A stretch of 64,000 nt of DNA from an uncultured archaeon (GCA_937921735.1 CAKZTQ010000032.1:12083-76082); one strand, 5' to 3'. Shown: positions 18,799 to 29,843, numbered from the stretch's first letter. A program made the numbers and translations. The notes: generated by a model not told the origin, from the letters alone.

Positions 18799-19842
18799 CT
18801 ATGTTAAGAAAATTTCTTTAGTTGCTCTGCAGAGCCAAACTAAAAAAAGCATGAACGGAACCTCCGTCAAAACTCCGACAACCGTTGCTATAGCTGCCCC
18901 AGAAGCTAAGCCGAAAAGGGTTATAGCGACTGCTATAGCGACATCGAAATTATTGCTTCCGGCTATAATCGCTGTCGGTGCGGCATCCTCATAGGGTAAA
19001 CGAATGATCTTAGAAATCAAATAAGTTATCGCGAAGACGAACAAGATATTGACGAAAATCCCAGTTGCGATCATGCCAATGACCAAGGGTTGTTCAACGA
19101 TCACATGCCCTTGTAGTGAAAATAGCACTATTAATGTGATGAGCAAAGCCACGATAGATGCTTTTTTGAGCAAGGGAGCGATCTTTCGATTGAGCCATTC
19201 GACACCCTTTCCCTCAATGACTCTTTTCCTCGTATAATAACCGGCAATCAACGGTATGACTATATAAACAGTGACCGCAAACGCTATAGTTTCCCAAGGG
19301 ATAGAAATACCAGAAATCCCAAGCAGGAAAACAGCTAGAGGAGCGTACAAAAATACCATCGATAAAGAATTTATAGTCGTCATAACGAGAGTGTGACCCA
19401 TGTTACCTTCCGCCAAATAACTCCAAACGAGAACCATCGCCGTGCAAGGAGCAACACCTAACAGAATCAACCCTGCCCTGTACTGCGAAGAAAGATCGGG
19501 GGACAAAAATGGGCGGAAGATAACGCTCAAGAAAAGCCAAGCGAAGAAAGCCATGGTGAAAGGTTTAACAGCCCAATTGCTGAACAAGGTCACAAATATA
19601 GGCTTAAGCGTTTTGCCCGCTCTCATCACCTGTTTGAAATCTATTTGAACCATTATCGGATAAATCATCGCAAATAAGCAGATGGCGATCGGAATCGATA
19701 CGTGGGCTATGGTCAATTCACCCAACAAGCCAGAAATTTGAGGAAAAGCCTTGCCAAAACATATCCCTAGGATTATGCAAAGAGCAACCCAAAGGCTAAG
19801 ATATTTTTCCCAGATTCCTAATTCTCTTTTTCTTTCAGCCAT
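18799..19842 (-). CDS. acr3: Arsenite efflux transporter, ACR3 family
   Basis: EKYLSLWV, MIYPIM, NW-VKPF, LG-APCTAMVLVW, SNNF, TVVGVL-EVP. Confidence 0.95.
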   Translation of the reverse strand: MAERKRELGIWEKYLSLWVALCIILGICFGKAFPQISGLLGELTIAHVSIPIAICLFAMIYPIMVQIDFKQVMRAGKTLKPIFVTLFSNWAVKPFTMAFFAWLFLSVIFRPFLSPDLSSQYRAGLILLGVAPCTAMVLVWSYLAEGNMGHTLVMTTINSLSMVFLYAPLAVFLLGISGISIPWETIAFAVTVYIVIPLIAGYYTRKRVIEGKGVEWLNRKIAPLLKKASIVALLITLIVLFSLQGHVIVEQPLVIGMIATGIFVNILFVFAITYLISKIIRLPYEDAAPTAIIAGSNNFDVAIAVAITLFGLASGAAIATVVGVLTEVPFMLFLVWLCRATKEIFLT

Positions 19843-20003
19843 ATTTTCGGCCTTGGTTAGTTTATACGAGTAAATAATTTATACATCAGTGCCAGCGATT
19901 TTAGAGCTTGCTCGCACGTCTCGAGCTCTTCAAAGCTAATGCCGGTACCTTTGGCTCCCGTCCGCTTTCTGTGGGCCTTGTTTTCAAGGGGCATCTCAAA
20001 CTA

Positions 20004-20091
20004 TGGTGCGGGGGCGGGGATTTGAACCCCGGAACCCCTACGGGACAGGCTCCTGAAGCCTGCGCCGTTGGCCAGGCTTGGCTACCCCCGC
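20004..20091 (-). tRNA. tRNA-Leu(CAG), CCA encoded
   Basis: GCGGGGGTAGCCAAGCCTGGCCAACGGCGCAGGCTT-CAG-GAGCCTG...GGTTCAAATCCCCGCCCCCGCACCA; long variable arm, no intron. Confidence 0.97.
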
Positions 20092-20190
20092 GATCGAAAC
20101 TTGGCCATCCTAATTCTTTAATGTTAGGTCGGCGCCGTGAACTAAAACTTTATGAAGCTGGAACTGACAACAAAAAATTGATTGGTAAAT

Positions 20191-21372
20191 ATGCCGTTCG
20201 ATTTCAGCTTCGAAGGTCTCCTAGCTTGGCTGGTGTTGATCCTCCTACTTAGCTTTATTACCATGTATCTCATGCCGTACCAGTTTACTTTCCAGACCCG
20301 TTTGATGATAGGGCAGGTGCGCAAGTCGTTGAGCCAGCTCGAGGAATGGGCAAAGGAGGGAAGGAGGATCGCGTTGAGCACGATTACCAAGCATGGCCGA
20401 ACCAAGCGAGATATCGAGAAGGAGTTCGACGATTTCCTCGAATTCTTCACCATAGAGCCAGTCAGCGATGACCCGGCGGGGGTACTTCGGAGGCTGGAGC
20501 ACGTGCTCGACGTGCGGAAGAAGCGCTTCGAGGGGATGGTCGCCCGCTTCGCCCCCAACGCTGATCCCGAGACCGCGGCGAACCTCGAGATGACTATCGA
20601 GGGAGCGATGGCGAGCAACTTGGTCTTCCGCTTGGTGCGCCACTACATGTTGCTCGCGGAGAAGACCAAGAGCTATCAGCTGATAATGGCCCTCCAGATG
20701 CAGATGCCCATCCTAAAGGAGTACGCCAAGGCCTTCCTCGACGCTACTAAGGCCTTCGCCGAAGGGAAGCCGATCGGCGACGGCGTTGGCGCGATGGTGG
20801 CGACCAAGTTGGCAGGCGGCGCGAGCTGGAGGGAGCTCGTGGAGGACACCGTGTACGCGGAGACGAAATTCGACGGGCGAAAGCTGATAGTGGTCAAGGC
20901 AAAGGGTCCGGGAGGCAGGGTCGGCAAGCCCGGTGAGCTCATTAAGCGTTTGATGGAGAGGAGGAAGGTGGACAGGATCATAATGATCGACGCCGGGCTG
21001 AAGCTTGAAGGCGAGGAGAGCGGTCACGTCATCGAAGGCGTCGGCGCTGCGATAGGGGGCCCGCCGACCGAAAAGTACAAGATAGAGGAGATCGCGGTCA
21101 AGAAAGGCGTGCCCGTCGATGCCATAATCGTCAAGGAGTCATTCAAGGAGGCCATCACGCCCCTCAACAAGCGCTTGGCGAAGGCGGTCGACGCCACCGT
21201 CGAGCGGGTTAAGCAGGCCATCCGAGAGCGCACCAAGCCGGGCGAGGTGGTGATCGTAGCCGGTATAGGCAACACTATAGGAATAGGCCAAAACCCCGAG
21301 GAGCTGCCTAAGGATTTCCCTGAGCCTAAAGAGGAAAAGGGGATAGAGTCCGACAAGCTGCTCTTTCGATAG
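20191..21372 (+). CDS. DUF1512 family protein
   Basis: N-terminal TM helix, I-PV--DP-G, PIGDG-G, GPGG-VG, IDAGLKLEGE, G-G-AIGG, GIGNTIGI. Confidence 0.85.
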   Translation: MPFDFSFEGLLAWLVLILLLSFITMYLMPYQFTFQTRLMIGQVRKSLSQLEEWAKEGRRIALSTITKHGRTKRDIEKEFDDFLEFFTIEPVSDDPAGVLRRLEHVLDVRKKRFEGMVARFAPNADPETAANLEMTIEGAMASNLVFRLVRHYMLLAEKTKSYQLIMALQMQMPILKEYAKAFLDATKAFAEGKPIGDGVGAMVATKLAGGASWRELVEDTVYAETKFDGRKLIVVKAKGPGGRVGKPGELIKRLMERRKVDRIIMIDAGLKLEGEESGHVIEGVGAAIGGPPTEKYKIEEIAVKKGVPVDAIIVKESFKEAITPLNKRLAKAVDATVERVKQAIRERTKPGEVVIVAGIGNTIGIGQNPEELPKDFPEPKEEKGIESDKLLFR

Positions 21373-21440
21373 GTTTTAATATCCTGCGGTTATTTTTTAC
21401 CGATAAATCTCATAACATAAGTCAGACACGAGGGAAAGGC

Positions 21441-23627
21441 ATGAGGCGCTACAAGCACCTTGCGGACGTTCAAAAGCTGATGTGGCAGCTGGAGCAGATA
21501 CGCAACATAGGCATAGTGGCCCATGTCGATCACGGCAAGACCACGTTGACGGACAGCTTGGTCGCAGCCTCCGGCATCATAAGTTTCGAGCTCGCCGGCG
21601 AGCAGTTGTTCACCGATTTTCTGGAGATCGAGCAACAGCGAGGCATCACGATCCAGACATCCGCGGTGAGCCTCGCCCACACCTACGAAGGGAAGGAGTA
21701 CCTGATCAACTTGCTCGACACGCCTGGCCACGTGGACTTCAGCGGGGACGTGACCAGAGCCCTGCGCGCCATAGATGGTGTCATCGTCGTCGTCGATGCC
21801 GTCGAGGGGGTCATGGTGCAGACGGAGACCGTGCTGCGCCAAGCCCTGCGAGAGCGAGCGCGTCCAGTACTTTTTATCAACAAGGTCGACCGGCTAATAG
21901 ACGAACTCAAGCTCACGCCAGAAGGCATGCAGGAGCGCTTCATCAAGATCATAACCAAGTTCAACCAGCTCATACGCAGGTATGCACCGCCTGACGTCGC
22001 TGAGCGATGGCAGGTGAGCGTCGAGGCCGGTTCCGTTGCGTTTGGCTCGGCTAAGGAAAAATGGGCGCTGTCAATAACGCAGATGAAGAAGAAGAACATC
22101 ACTTTCAAGGATATCATAGAAGCGTACAGGAAAGGGGAACAGGCGAGGTTGGCCGAGGAAAGCCCGCTCTACGAGGTCATCCTCGACATGGTAGTTAAAC
22201 ACCTGCCCGATCCGAAGCAGGCGCAGTCCGATAGGATACCTGTCATATGGAAGGGCGAGATAAATAGCGAGCTCGGAAAGGACATGCTTACGTGCAACCC
22301 CAACGGCAAGATCTGCATGGTCATAACGGATATTATCGTGGACGAGCACGCCGGTGTGATATCCACGGGCAGGGTTTTCTCCGGCACTTTGGAGAAGGGG
22401 AAGTCGGTTAGGCTGGTCGGCTTGGGTCAGGAGGCACGAATACAGCAGGTAGGCATTTACATGGGGCCAGATCGGATAATCGTGGACAAAGTGCCCGCGG
22501 GGAACATAGCCGCGATCGTTGGCATGAAGGAAGCGGTGGTCGGCGAGACGCTCATCGAGTCAGGAATTGAAGGGGCAGGATTTGAGGAGCTCAAATACGT
22601 AAGCGAGCCGGTCGTCACGGTGGCGGTCGAGCCCAAGAACTTCCAAGACTTGCCTAGGTTGATCACCGCGCTGAAGAACATCTCGCGCGAGGACCCCAAC
22701 GTCCACGTCAAGATCAACGAGGAAACCGGCGAATACCTCGTGTCCGGCATGGGCGAGTTACACTTGGAGATAGTCGAATACAAACTTAAGGAGGCCGGGC
22801 TTGAGGTCAAGACCTCCGAACCGATCGTGGTCTACCGGGAAACTGTCACGGGCAAGGCCGGGCCCGTGGAGGGCAAGTCGCCGAATAGGCACAACAGATT
22901 TTTGATCTCCGTGGAGCCGCTCGAACCTGAGGTGATCAAGGCGATCGAGGAGGGCAAGGTCAACATGAAGCAAGATCGCAAGGAGCGCGCGAACGTGCTG
23001 CGGGGGCTCGGATGGGACACGGACGCCGCTAGGGGGGTCGTGACGATAGTCGGGCCGAACATCCTAACCGATGTCACGAAGGGGGTGCAGTACATGAGGG
23101 AGGTCGAGGACTACGTCATCGAGGCCTTTACAGAGGTGGTGAACGAAGGGCCGTTGATGCGGGAACCCATGCGAGGGTTGAAGGTGCTGATCGTGGACGC
23201 GATGCTTCACGAGGACTCGGTCCACCGCGGTCCGGCACAGATAATCCCCGCGGTCAGGCGAGCGATTCAGGCGGCGGTCCTGATGGCTAAACCACAGGTG
23301 CTCGAACCTATCCTCAGGTTGGAGGTCCGCGTGCCCCAAGAGTTCTTGGGTAGCTGTACCAAGGTAATCCAAGGTCGACGTGGACGCATCATCTCCATGG
23401 AATCCGAGGAGGATATCGCCGTGGTTAAAGCGCTGTTGCCCGTGGCGAACTCCTTTGGGCTTGCGGCCGAAATGCGATCGGAGACGGAAGGGCGGGCAAT
23501 ATGGGGCACGGAGTTTGAGAAGTTTGACCCCATACCCAGAGAACTGCAGGAGCAGACGATCTTGGAGACCCGCAAGCGCAAGGGTCTCAAGCCGGAGCCA
23601 CCCAAGCCCGAGGACTTTTTAGATTAG
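21441..23627 (+). CDS. fusA: Elongation factor 2
   Basis: AHVDHGKTT, RGITI, DTPGH, NKVD, GMGELHL, diphthamide loop HEDSVHRGPAQ. Confidence 0.98.
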   Translation: MRRYKHLADVQKLMWQLEQIRNIGIVAHVDHGKTTLTDSLVAASGIISFELAGEQLFTDFLEIEQQRGITIQTSAVSLAHTYEGKEYLINLLDTPGHVDFSGDVTRALRAIDGVIVVVDAVEGVMVQTETVLRQALRERARPVLFINKVDRLIDELKLTPEGMQERFIKIITKFNQLIRRYAPPDVAERWQVSVEAGSVAFGSAKEKWALSITQMKKKNITFKDIIEAYRKGEQARLAEESPLYEVILDMVVKHLPDPKQAQSDRIPVIWKGEINSELGKDMLTCNPNGKICMVITDIIVDEHAGVISTGRVFSGTLEKGKSVRLVGLGQEARIQQVGIYMGPDRIIVDKVPAGNIAAIVGMKEAVVGETLIESGIEGAGFEELKYVSEPVVTVAVEPKNFQDLPRLITALKNISREDPNVHVKINEETGEYLVSGMGELHLEIVEYKLKEAGLEVKTSEPIVVYRETVTGKAGPVEGKSPNRHNRFLISVEPLEPEVIKAIEEGKVNMKQDRKERANVLRGLGWDTDAARGVVTIVGPNILTDVTKGVQYMREVEDYVIEAFTEVVNEGPLMREPMRGLKVLIVDAMLHEDSVHRGPAQIIPAVRRAIQAAVLMAKPQVLEPILRLEVRVPQEFLGSCTKVIQGRRGRIISMESEEDIAVVKALLPVANSFGLAAEMRSETEGRAIWGTEFEKFDPIPRELQEQTILETRKRKGLKPEPPKPEDFLD

Positions 23628-24456
23628 ATGCGATGTAGTTCGAAATGGAGCCCAGCTCTTCGGGCGTGAGGTCCATCACCCTCCTGTTCGCTAGATCCTT
23701 TGGGATCGTCTCGTCCACGATCCTACGCCTTTCCGACTTAGGCTTTGGTTGTGGAAACACCTCATTAAACGAGTGAAATAGGGCATTGCGCACCTTTTGC
23801 CGCTTGTGCTGGAACAACGCGCGGACTACATCGAAAAATAGGGCTTCATCGATTACGTAAAAGGGCGGACTTCGTGGCCTCAACCTCACCAACATGGACG
23901 AGACCTTTGGTCTTGGGAAAAATGCAGAAGGCTCGACCTCCTCCAACAACTCGACTTCCGCACGATAGTATACGCCAACCGTCAAACGACCATAGTCCTT
24001 GGAGCCGGGTTTGGCGATTAGCCGTTGGGCGAACTCCTTTTGATACATCAAAACAGCAAGCTCGAAGTCATGCTCGAGCAATTTGAACGTGATCTCGGAC
24101 GATATCGCGTAGGGCAAGTTCGCGACTACCTTATTGAAAGGCGGAAGCTCCATCTGCAAGATGTCTGCGTTCACCAGATCCACATTCGCGAGGCCCTTCG
24201 CCTGCTCCCGAAGGACTCGGAACAGCTTCGCGTCCCGTTCCACCGCTATTACCTTCCCCGCACGTTCTGCGAGCAGCTTCGTCAAGTTCCCCATCCCCGC
24301 ACCTATCTCGAGCACAAGATCGCGAGAAGAGACGCCCGCGTAATCGACCATCCTCCTTAACAAGCTAGGGTCGATCACGTGGATTTGACTGCCGCGTTTG
24401 TTTAACCTTATGCCATATCTTCGCAAGGTCACAAGCAACTGGTGCATGCGATCCAC
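23587..24456 (-). CDS. rsmA: 16S rRNA dimethyladenosine transferase
   Basis: VLEIGAG-G-LT, VANLPYAISS, MYQKEFA, F-P-PKV-S. Confidence 0.94.
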   Translation of the reverse strand: MDRMHQLLVTLRRYGIRLNKRGSQIHVIDPSLLRRMVDYAGVSSRDLVLEIGAGMGNLTKLLAERAGKVIAVERDAKLFRVLREQAKGLANVDLVNADILQMELPPFNKVVANLPYAISSEITFKLLEHDFELAVLMYQKEFAQRLIAKPGSKDYGRLTVGVYYRAEVELLEEVEPSAFFPRPKVSSMLVRLRPRSPPFYVIDEALFFDVVRALFQHKRQKVRNALFHSFNEVFPQPKPKSERRRIVDETIPKDLANRRVMDLTPEELGSISNYIASNLKSPRAWVAPA

Positions 24457-24497
24457 GCTTTTTATAGTTCGACCCTAGGAAATAGAATTAACGCCGG

Positions 24498-24860
24498 ATG
24501 TGCATGGTCTCCGAGGTCTTTTTGCGAAAAAGAAACGAACTGTTCAAAAAACTGAAGGAGGTCGGCTTACTGACGGATGAAGTCAGGCAGACGATCGTGG
24601 ACACCTATGGTTCAAGGGGGAGAAAGGCCCTAGAGGTGATAGACAGGGGAGGTGTGGTAAAGCGAGGAAGGCGTTGGTTCGTACGCGGCAAAGGCGATGA
24701 GTACGAGGTGGTCCGAACTTACTGCACCTGCCGCGATTACGTCTTAAATGTGGTCACCGAAAAAGTAGACGTCGATATGTGCTACCATGTGCTGGCGAAG
24801 GTGATATGCGAGATGTTGGACGCTTACTACATGGGTGGTGAGGGTGCGCCTAGTGATTAA
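24498..24860 (+). CDS. SWIM zinc-finger protein
   Basis: CTCRDY...MCYH (CxC...CxH). Confidence 0.75.
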   Translation: MCMVSEVFLRKRNELFKKLKEVGLLTDEVRQTIVDTYGSRGRKALEVIDRGGVVKRGRRWFVRGKGDEYEVVRTYCTCRDYVLNVVTEKVDVDMCYHVLAKVICEMLDAYYMGGEGAPSD

Positions 24861-26262
24861 GTTCGGTGGGGTACCGGTCAAGGACGGCAGGAGCATTCGT
24901 AACGCCGCGCAGCTCGTCGTCGCCCGCTATCGAAGGGGAGACGAGGTGGTCGCCGTCGTCTCGGCCATGGCAGGCATCACAGACGAGCTAGTAGCAATAG
25001 CTCATCGCTTGCTCGAGCCCGGGACGAACGCCGAGCAATTGATCTCCGACTTCATGGACCGTATTTCGGGTAGGCATCTACAAGCTTGTAAAGATGCCAT
25101 CGATGATGAGGCCACGTTGAGTCGTACTTCCAGGGCGGTGGAGAACGCACTCGAAAACTTGGAGAGGGTCCTGACGGGCGTAGCGTATTTGGGCGAGCTC
25201 TCGCCCCGATCGCAGGATTTAATAATGTCCTTTGGCGAACGCCTTTCGGCGCCGATTCTAGCAGGCGCGATCCAATCGCTCGGGGTTCCCGCTCGTTACT
25301 TAACCGGCTTCGAGGCCGGCATCGTAACCGATAACCGCCACACCGAGGCCAGGCCCATTTTTGAGCTGACCCGAAAGCTCGTACGGCAGCGGTTGGGCAA
25401 GCTGTTGGCAGCCCGAAAGGTCCCGGTGGTGGCTGGCTTCATAGCTGGTACGGAAGACGGCATCGTGACGACGCTTGGGCGAGGAGGCTCGGATTACTCC
25501 GCTTCCATCATAGGTGCCTCAATAGGGGCCGACGAAATATGGGTGATGACGGATGTCGACGGCATCATGACCGCAGATCCGAGGGTCGAACCCGACGCTA
25601 AGGTGATAGACACCATCTCCTATCTTGAGGCCACCGAGCTGGCATATTTCGGAGCCAAAGTGCTACACCCGAAGACCATCGAGCCAGCGATGGAGCTGGA
25701 CATCCCCGTTCGCGTGCGCAGCGCGTTCAACCTCTCCCATCCAGGGACGGTGATAGTCAGGAAGCCGAGAAAGGTGAAAAACACGGTGAAGGCCATCACA
25801 ATGAGCAAGGAGGTGGCGGTGATAACGGTCGGTGGTCCGGGCATGATCGGGATGCCAGGAGTGGCCGCCGCGGTGCTCGACATTTTGGCTAGGGCGAATA
25901 TCAAGGTTTTAATGATATCTCAAAGTTCTTCGCAAGCAAACATAAGCTTCGTCGTCCCCAGGGCCGAGCTGGAGGCCGCGTTGAAGGCGTTACGCGTCGA
26001 GTTCGCCGAGCGCCGCATCGACTGGCGCATAGACTACGATCGAAACGCTAGCATCATCGCCACCGTGGGCGCTGGCATGAAGGGTACCCCTGGCGTGGCC
26101 GCGCGGGTCTTCGGGACGATGGGCCGCGAGAACATAAACATAATCATGATAGCCCAAGGCTCATCTGAACTGAACATATCGTTCGTGGTCGCCGAAGAAG
26201 ATGCTATAAAGGCTGTGCGTGCCCTGCACGCCGAGTTCGGGTTGGGTCGAGGACCCCGCTGA
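24835..26262 (+). CDS. lysC: Aspartate kinase with ACT domains
   Basis: KFGG, VVSAM-G-TD, TTLGRGGSDYSA, TDVDG-TADP, GAKVLHP, QGSSE. Confidence 0.95.
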   Translation: MVRVRLVIKFGGVPVKDGRSIRNAAQLVVARYRRGDEVVAVVSAMAGITDELVAIAHRLLEPGTNAEQLISDFMDRISGRHLQACKDAIDDEATLSRTSRAVENALENLERVLTGVAYLGELSPRSQDLIMSFGERLSAPILAGAIQSLGVPARYLTGFEAGIVTDNRHTEARPIFELTRKLVRQRLGKLLAARKVPVVAGFIAGTEDGIVTTLGRGGSDYSASIIGASIGADEIWVMTDVDGIMTADPRVEPDAKVIDTISYLEATELAYFGAKVLHPKTIEPAMELDIPVRVRSAFNLSHPGTVIVRKPRKVKNTVKAITMSKEVAVITVGGPGMIGMPGVAAAVLDILARANIKVLMISQSSSQANISFVVPRAELEAALKALRVEFAERRIDWRIDYDRNASIIATVGAGMKGTPGVAARVFGTMGRENINIIMIAQGSSELNISFVVAEEDAIKAVRALHAEFGLGRGPR

Positions 26263-26263
26263 T

Positions 26264-26530
26264 TTAAGGGAGGAAGGATTCCTTTCTGGAATCGGGTATT
26301 CGCCTGCTGAGCAATTGCCCGCAGCGATCGCACTTGAGGAGTACCCAAGTCCCCCGTCTTTCGATGGGTTCCATAGATCTCCCACAGCACCGTGGGGCGG
26401 TGCTGCCGTCTAGCCCCTTTGCTCGTAGACGGTCCGTCAAGCGCTCTCGCATCGCCTTAGTCTGCAGTCTCCATAAAGCGTAGCCTGCGGCGGCTATGGA
26501 AAGAATTCCTATCCCCAGCTCGATGAGCAT
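26264..26530 (-). CDS. Small membrane-anchored Zn-ribbon-like hypothetical protein
   Basis: N-terminal TM helix; CCG...CDRCG; GGAGGAGG SD. Confidence 0.55.
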   Translation of the reverse strand: MLIELGIGILSIAAAGYALWRLQTKAMRERLTDRLRAKGLDGSTAPRCCGRSMEPIERRGTWVLLKCDRCGQLLSRRIPDSRKESFLP

Positions 26531-26588
26531 CCTCCTCCCGCTCCTCCGTTTTTTATTTTTCCTTTAAGGGGAAAAATATTTTTCGCTT

Positions 26589-27269
26589 TTATTCAAACCG
26601 GGGCAAGTGGCGCTTTTGTTCATCTGAAGGGTAAAAACAAAGGTCACGGATCGGGCAATTTCCACATAAGGGTGCACGCGCGCGGCAGTACCGCCGGCCG
26701 TGTTGTATCAGCAGGATGTGCGCCTCCCCCCTGCGGCCGCTCGGGACGAGGGCTTCAAGCTTCGCCCTGACCTCTTCATAGCCATCCCCGGCGCTCGTGA
26801 AACCGAGCCTTTCCGATATCCTGAAGATATGGGTGTCGATCGGCAGCACATCGCGCCCTCCCGCGAACAGCAAAACGCAATCGGCAGTTTTGAACCCCAC
26901 GCCAGGTAATGCCAAAAGCTCTCGCCGCGCTTCTTCAACGGGTTTGCGGATAACCTTTCGGAGATCGCCGCCATATTTCTCGCAAACGATTTGAGCTATC
27001 TGCTTCAACCGCGCGGACTTCATTTGGTGAAGGCCGGCCGGTTCTATCAAACGTTGGATCTCCTTTGGGTCGGCTTGGGCTAGTTCTTCAGGCTTTTTAA
27101 ACTTCTGCATCAAGCGATCGAACGCCAGTTTGGTGTTGCGCCAGTTGGTATTCTGTGACAGCACCGTCTGCACGAGTACTTCAAATGGGTTCTTGCTTCG
27201 ATATTTCCAGAGCTGGAACTCCGCGCTCAGGCGGTTGAGTATTTCGATGATTCGCCAGCGATCGTCCAT
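26589..27269 (-). CDS. nth: Endonuclease III (HhH-GPD, 4Fe-4S)
   Basis: LSQNT, LPGVG-KTA, PIDTH, Cx6Cx2Cx5C. Confidence 0.93.
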   Translation of the reverse strand: MDDRWRIIEILNRLSAEFQLWKYRSKNPFEVLVQTVLSQNTNWRNTKLAFDRLMQKFKKPEELAQADPKEIQRLIEPAGLHQMKSARLKQIAQIVCEKYGGDLRKVIRKPVEEARRELLALPGVGFKTADCVLLFAGGRDVLPIDTHIFRISERLGFTSAGDGYEEVRAKLEALVPSGRRGEAHILLIQHGRRYCRARAPLCGNCPIRDLCFYPSDEQKRHLPRFE

Positions 27270-27362
27270 GGGCGGCCCTCAGCGATGTCGGATATTCGTC
27301 ATTCCGCTACCCTTACCTCTTAAATTTTGGAGCTAGTTTATCATTTTTGGGATGAGGTGAAC

Positions 27363-27755
27363 ATGGGGTTGACTTATGTCGTTTACCTTATGCTCATCTT
27401 GGGTTCCTTCACCTTCGGGTTTGAAGCCCTTCTCCTCGGCTTGGGAGGGCGGCTTTTCGTGCTTTATCGCGAAAATCGCTCGCGCACGCTCAAGCTGGCG
27501 TTATCGCTTGGGCTAGCGATAACATGTTTGTCGATCGCCATCTCGAGCCTACTCGGCTTACAGCTCATACACTTATGCGCATCCGTGCTCGCGTGCACGC
27601 TGCTCTTGAGTTTGATCGTCGGGCGTTGTAAGAAATTCGTAAAAACACCGCTGCCCGTGCCTCCACCCATTGCAGACGATGAAATTAAAAAGATGCTTAA
27701 TAAGCACGGCCTGTGCGAATTCAAGGAGGAAGACGAAGCCAGTAGCAAGAGCTAG
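27363..27755 (+). CDS. Hypothetical membrane protein
   Basis: Three hydrophobic segments; GAGGTGA SD before ATG at 27363. Confidence 0.6.
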   Translation: MGLTYVVYLMLILGSFTFGFEALLLGLGGRLFVLYRENRSRTLKLALSLGLAITCLSIAISSLLGLQLIHLCASVLACTLLLSLIVGRCKKFVKTPLPVPPPIADDEIKKMLNKHGLCEFKEEDEASSKS

Positions 27756-27851
27756 TTTTCCGCGCCCCTTGTGGTTTGGCTTCCCCTGTCGCAGGGTGGG
27801 GAAAATTTTTTAAACAACAAAAGAGTTTAGTGTGGATACCAAGGGATCATC

Positions 27852-29843
27852 ATGGAGCAAAAGCATGGGAAGATCGCGGAGCCTATTAAATGGGTCGTAG
27901 AGGATCCTGAACGCAAGGAGGTTTGGTGGCCTTCCCCGGAGCTCAAGAAAAGGGCTTGGGTAAGCGATGAGTCGATATATGAACAGTCCGGGAAGGACCC
28001 GATCGCTTTTTGGGCCGCCCTGGCCCGGGAGGGGCTGCACTGGTTCAAGGAATGGGACAAGACCTACGAACAGGACCCGCCATATTTCAGATGGTTCATC
28101 GGTGGAAAGATAAACGCCTCGTACAACGCCGTCGATAGGCACATAAGCACCGAGAAGAGGTACAAGGCAGCGATTATATGGGAACCCGAGCCCCTCGACG
28201 AGCCGGCTAGGGTGTTGACGTACTATGATCTCTATCGTGAGATCAACAAGTTCGCGAACGCCTTGAAATCGTTAGGCGTCGGGAAGGGCGACAGGGTAGG
28301 CATCTACCTGCCCATGATACCCGAAGTTCAAATCGCCATGCTCGCGTGCGCCCGCATAGGAGCTATACACAGCGTCGTCTTCTCGGCCTTCAGCGCCGAC
28401 TCCTTGAGGTCTAGGTTGATGGACGCCGAGGCCAAGGTCCTCATCACCGCAGACGGCTATTACCGACGTGGTAAGATCATCAACTTGAAGGCGGAGGCTG
28501 ATGAGGGGATAAAGGGAACCACCGTGGAAAAGGTCGTTGTTGTGAAGAGGGCGGGCCTCAACGTTCCGATGCTTGAGGGCAGGGATCTTTGGTGGCACGA
28601 GTTGATGAAGGGGGCCGCTGCTTATTGCGAACCGGAGCCAATGGATAGCGAGGATACATTATTTATACTCTACACGAGCGGCACCACGGGCAAGCCCAAG
28701 GGTGTGGTCCACACCACCGGTGGGTACCTTACCCAAGCTTACTGGACGACTAAGTGGGACTTCGATATCCACGACGATGACTTGTTCTGGTGCACTGCGG
28801 ACATAGGGTGGATCACCGGCCACACCTACGCTTGCTATGGTCCCCTCCTGCTTGGTGCCACGATGCTCATGTACGAGGGAGCTCCCGACTACCCTGAGCC
28901 AGATAGATGGTGGGCGATAATCGAGAAGTACGGCGTAAGTATATTTTACACCGCCCCGACGGCGATAAGGATGTTCGTGAAGTACGGCGAGGAGTGGCCG
29001 AGGAAGCATGACCTCAGCAGCTTGAGGATACTGGGCACGGTAGGCGAGCCAATAGACCGCGAGGCCTGGCTTTGGTACTTCTACAACATAGGCGGTGGAA
29101 GGTGCCCGATCATCGACACGTGGTGGCAAACCGAGACAGGTGGAACGCTGATAAACTCTCTTCCAGGTATAGGCCCGTTTATCCCCACGGTCGCCGGCAG
29201 GAGCTTTCCGGGCACTAGACACGTGGTGCTCGATGAGAACGGCAGGAGGGTGGGCGTGGGCGAGACGGGAAGTTTAGTCCAGCTGAGCCCGTTCGCGCCG
29301 GGGATGCTTAGGGGAATTTACAAGGACCCGGAGAGGTACAAGGAGCTTTACTTCAGTAAATACGGCGACGAGATTTATTACACCCACGACGGGGCGAAAG
29401 TGTGGGATGAGACATATAATATCCGCTTGGGAGGCAGGGAGGATGACGTGATGAAGGTAGCCGGTCACAGACTGGCGACAGCAGAAGTGGAGACGGCGCT
29501 TACGGATCACGAGGCGGTCGCTGAAGCGGCGGTCGTTCCTGCCCCTCACGAGATCAAGGGAGAGGTGCCGGTGGCGTTCGTGGTGCTAAAGAAGGGCTGG
29601 GAACCATCGGAGGCGCTCGAGAAGGAGATAGTGGCCAAGGTAGTCAAGGCCATAGGTCCCACGGCTAAGCCCCAAGCGGTCTTCTTCGTGCACGATTTGC
29701 CCAAGACGAGGAGCGGCAAGATCATGCGGAGGATACTTAGGAGCTTGATGAAAGGCGAGCCCGTCGGAGATACCACAACGCTCATGAATCCAGAGGTCGT
29801 GGAGGAGTTAAAAGCGAGGGTCGCTGGAGCGGCTTCTAAATAA
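27852..29843 (+). CDS. acs: Acetyl-CoA synthetase (AMP-forming)
   Basis: [46 protein letters not shown]. Confidence 0.96.
   Translation: MEQKHGKIAEPIKWVVEDPERKEVWWPSPELKKRAWVSDESIYEQSGKDPIAFWAALAREGLHWFKEWDKTYEQDPPYFRWFIGGKINASYNAVDRHISTEKRYKAAIIWEPEPLDEPARVLTYYDLYREINKFANALKSLGVGKGDRVGIYLPMIPEVQIAMLACARIGAIHSVVFSAFSADSLRSRLMDAEAKVLITADGYYRRGKIINLKAEADEGIKGTTVEKVVVVKRAGLNVPMLEGRDLWWHELMKGAAAYCEPEPMDSEDTLFILYTSGTTGKPKGVVHTTGGYLTQAYWTTKWDFDIHDDDLFWCTADIGWITGHTYACYGPLLLGATMLMYEGAPDYPEPDRWWAIIEKYGVSIFYTAPTAIRMFVKYGEEWPRKHDLSSLRILGTVGEPIDREAWLWYFYNIGGGRCPIIDTWWQTETGGTLINSLPGIGPFIPTVAGRSFPGTRHVVLDENGRRVGVGETGSLVQLSPFAPGMLRGIYKDPERYKELYFSKYGDEIYYTHDGAKVWDETYNIRLGGREDDVMKVAGHRLATAEVETALTDHEAVAEAAVVPAPHEIKGEVPVAFVVLKKGWEPSEALEKEIVAKVVKAIGPTAKPQAVFFVHDLPKTRSGKIMRRILRSLMKGEPVGDTTTLMNPEVVEELKARVAGAASK

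Noticed and set aside
19908-20252. 114-aa plus-strand ORF
   Set aside because: It runs antisense through tRNA-Leu and is spurious.
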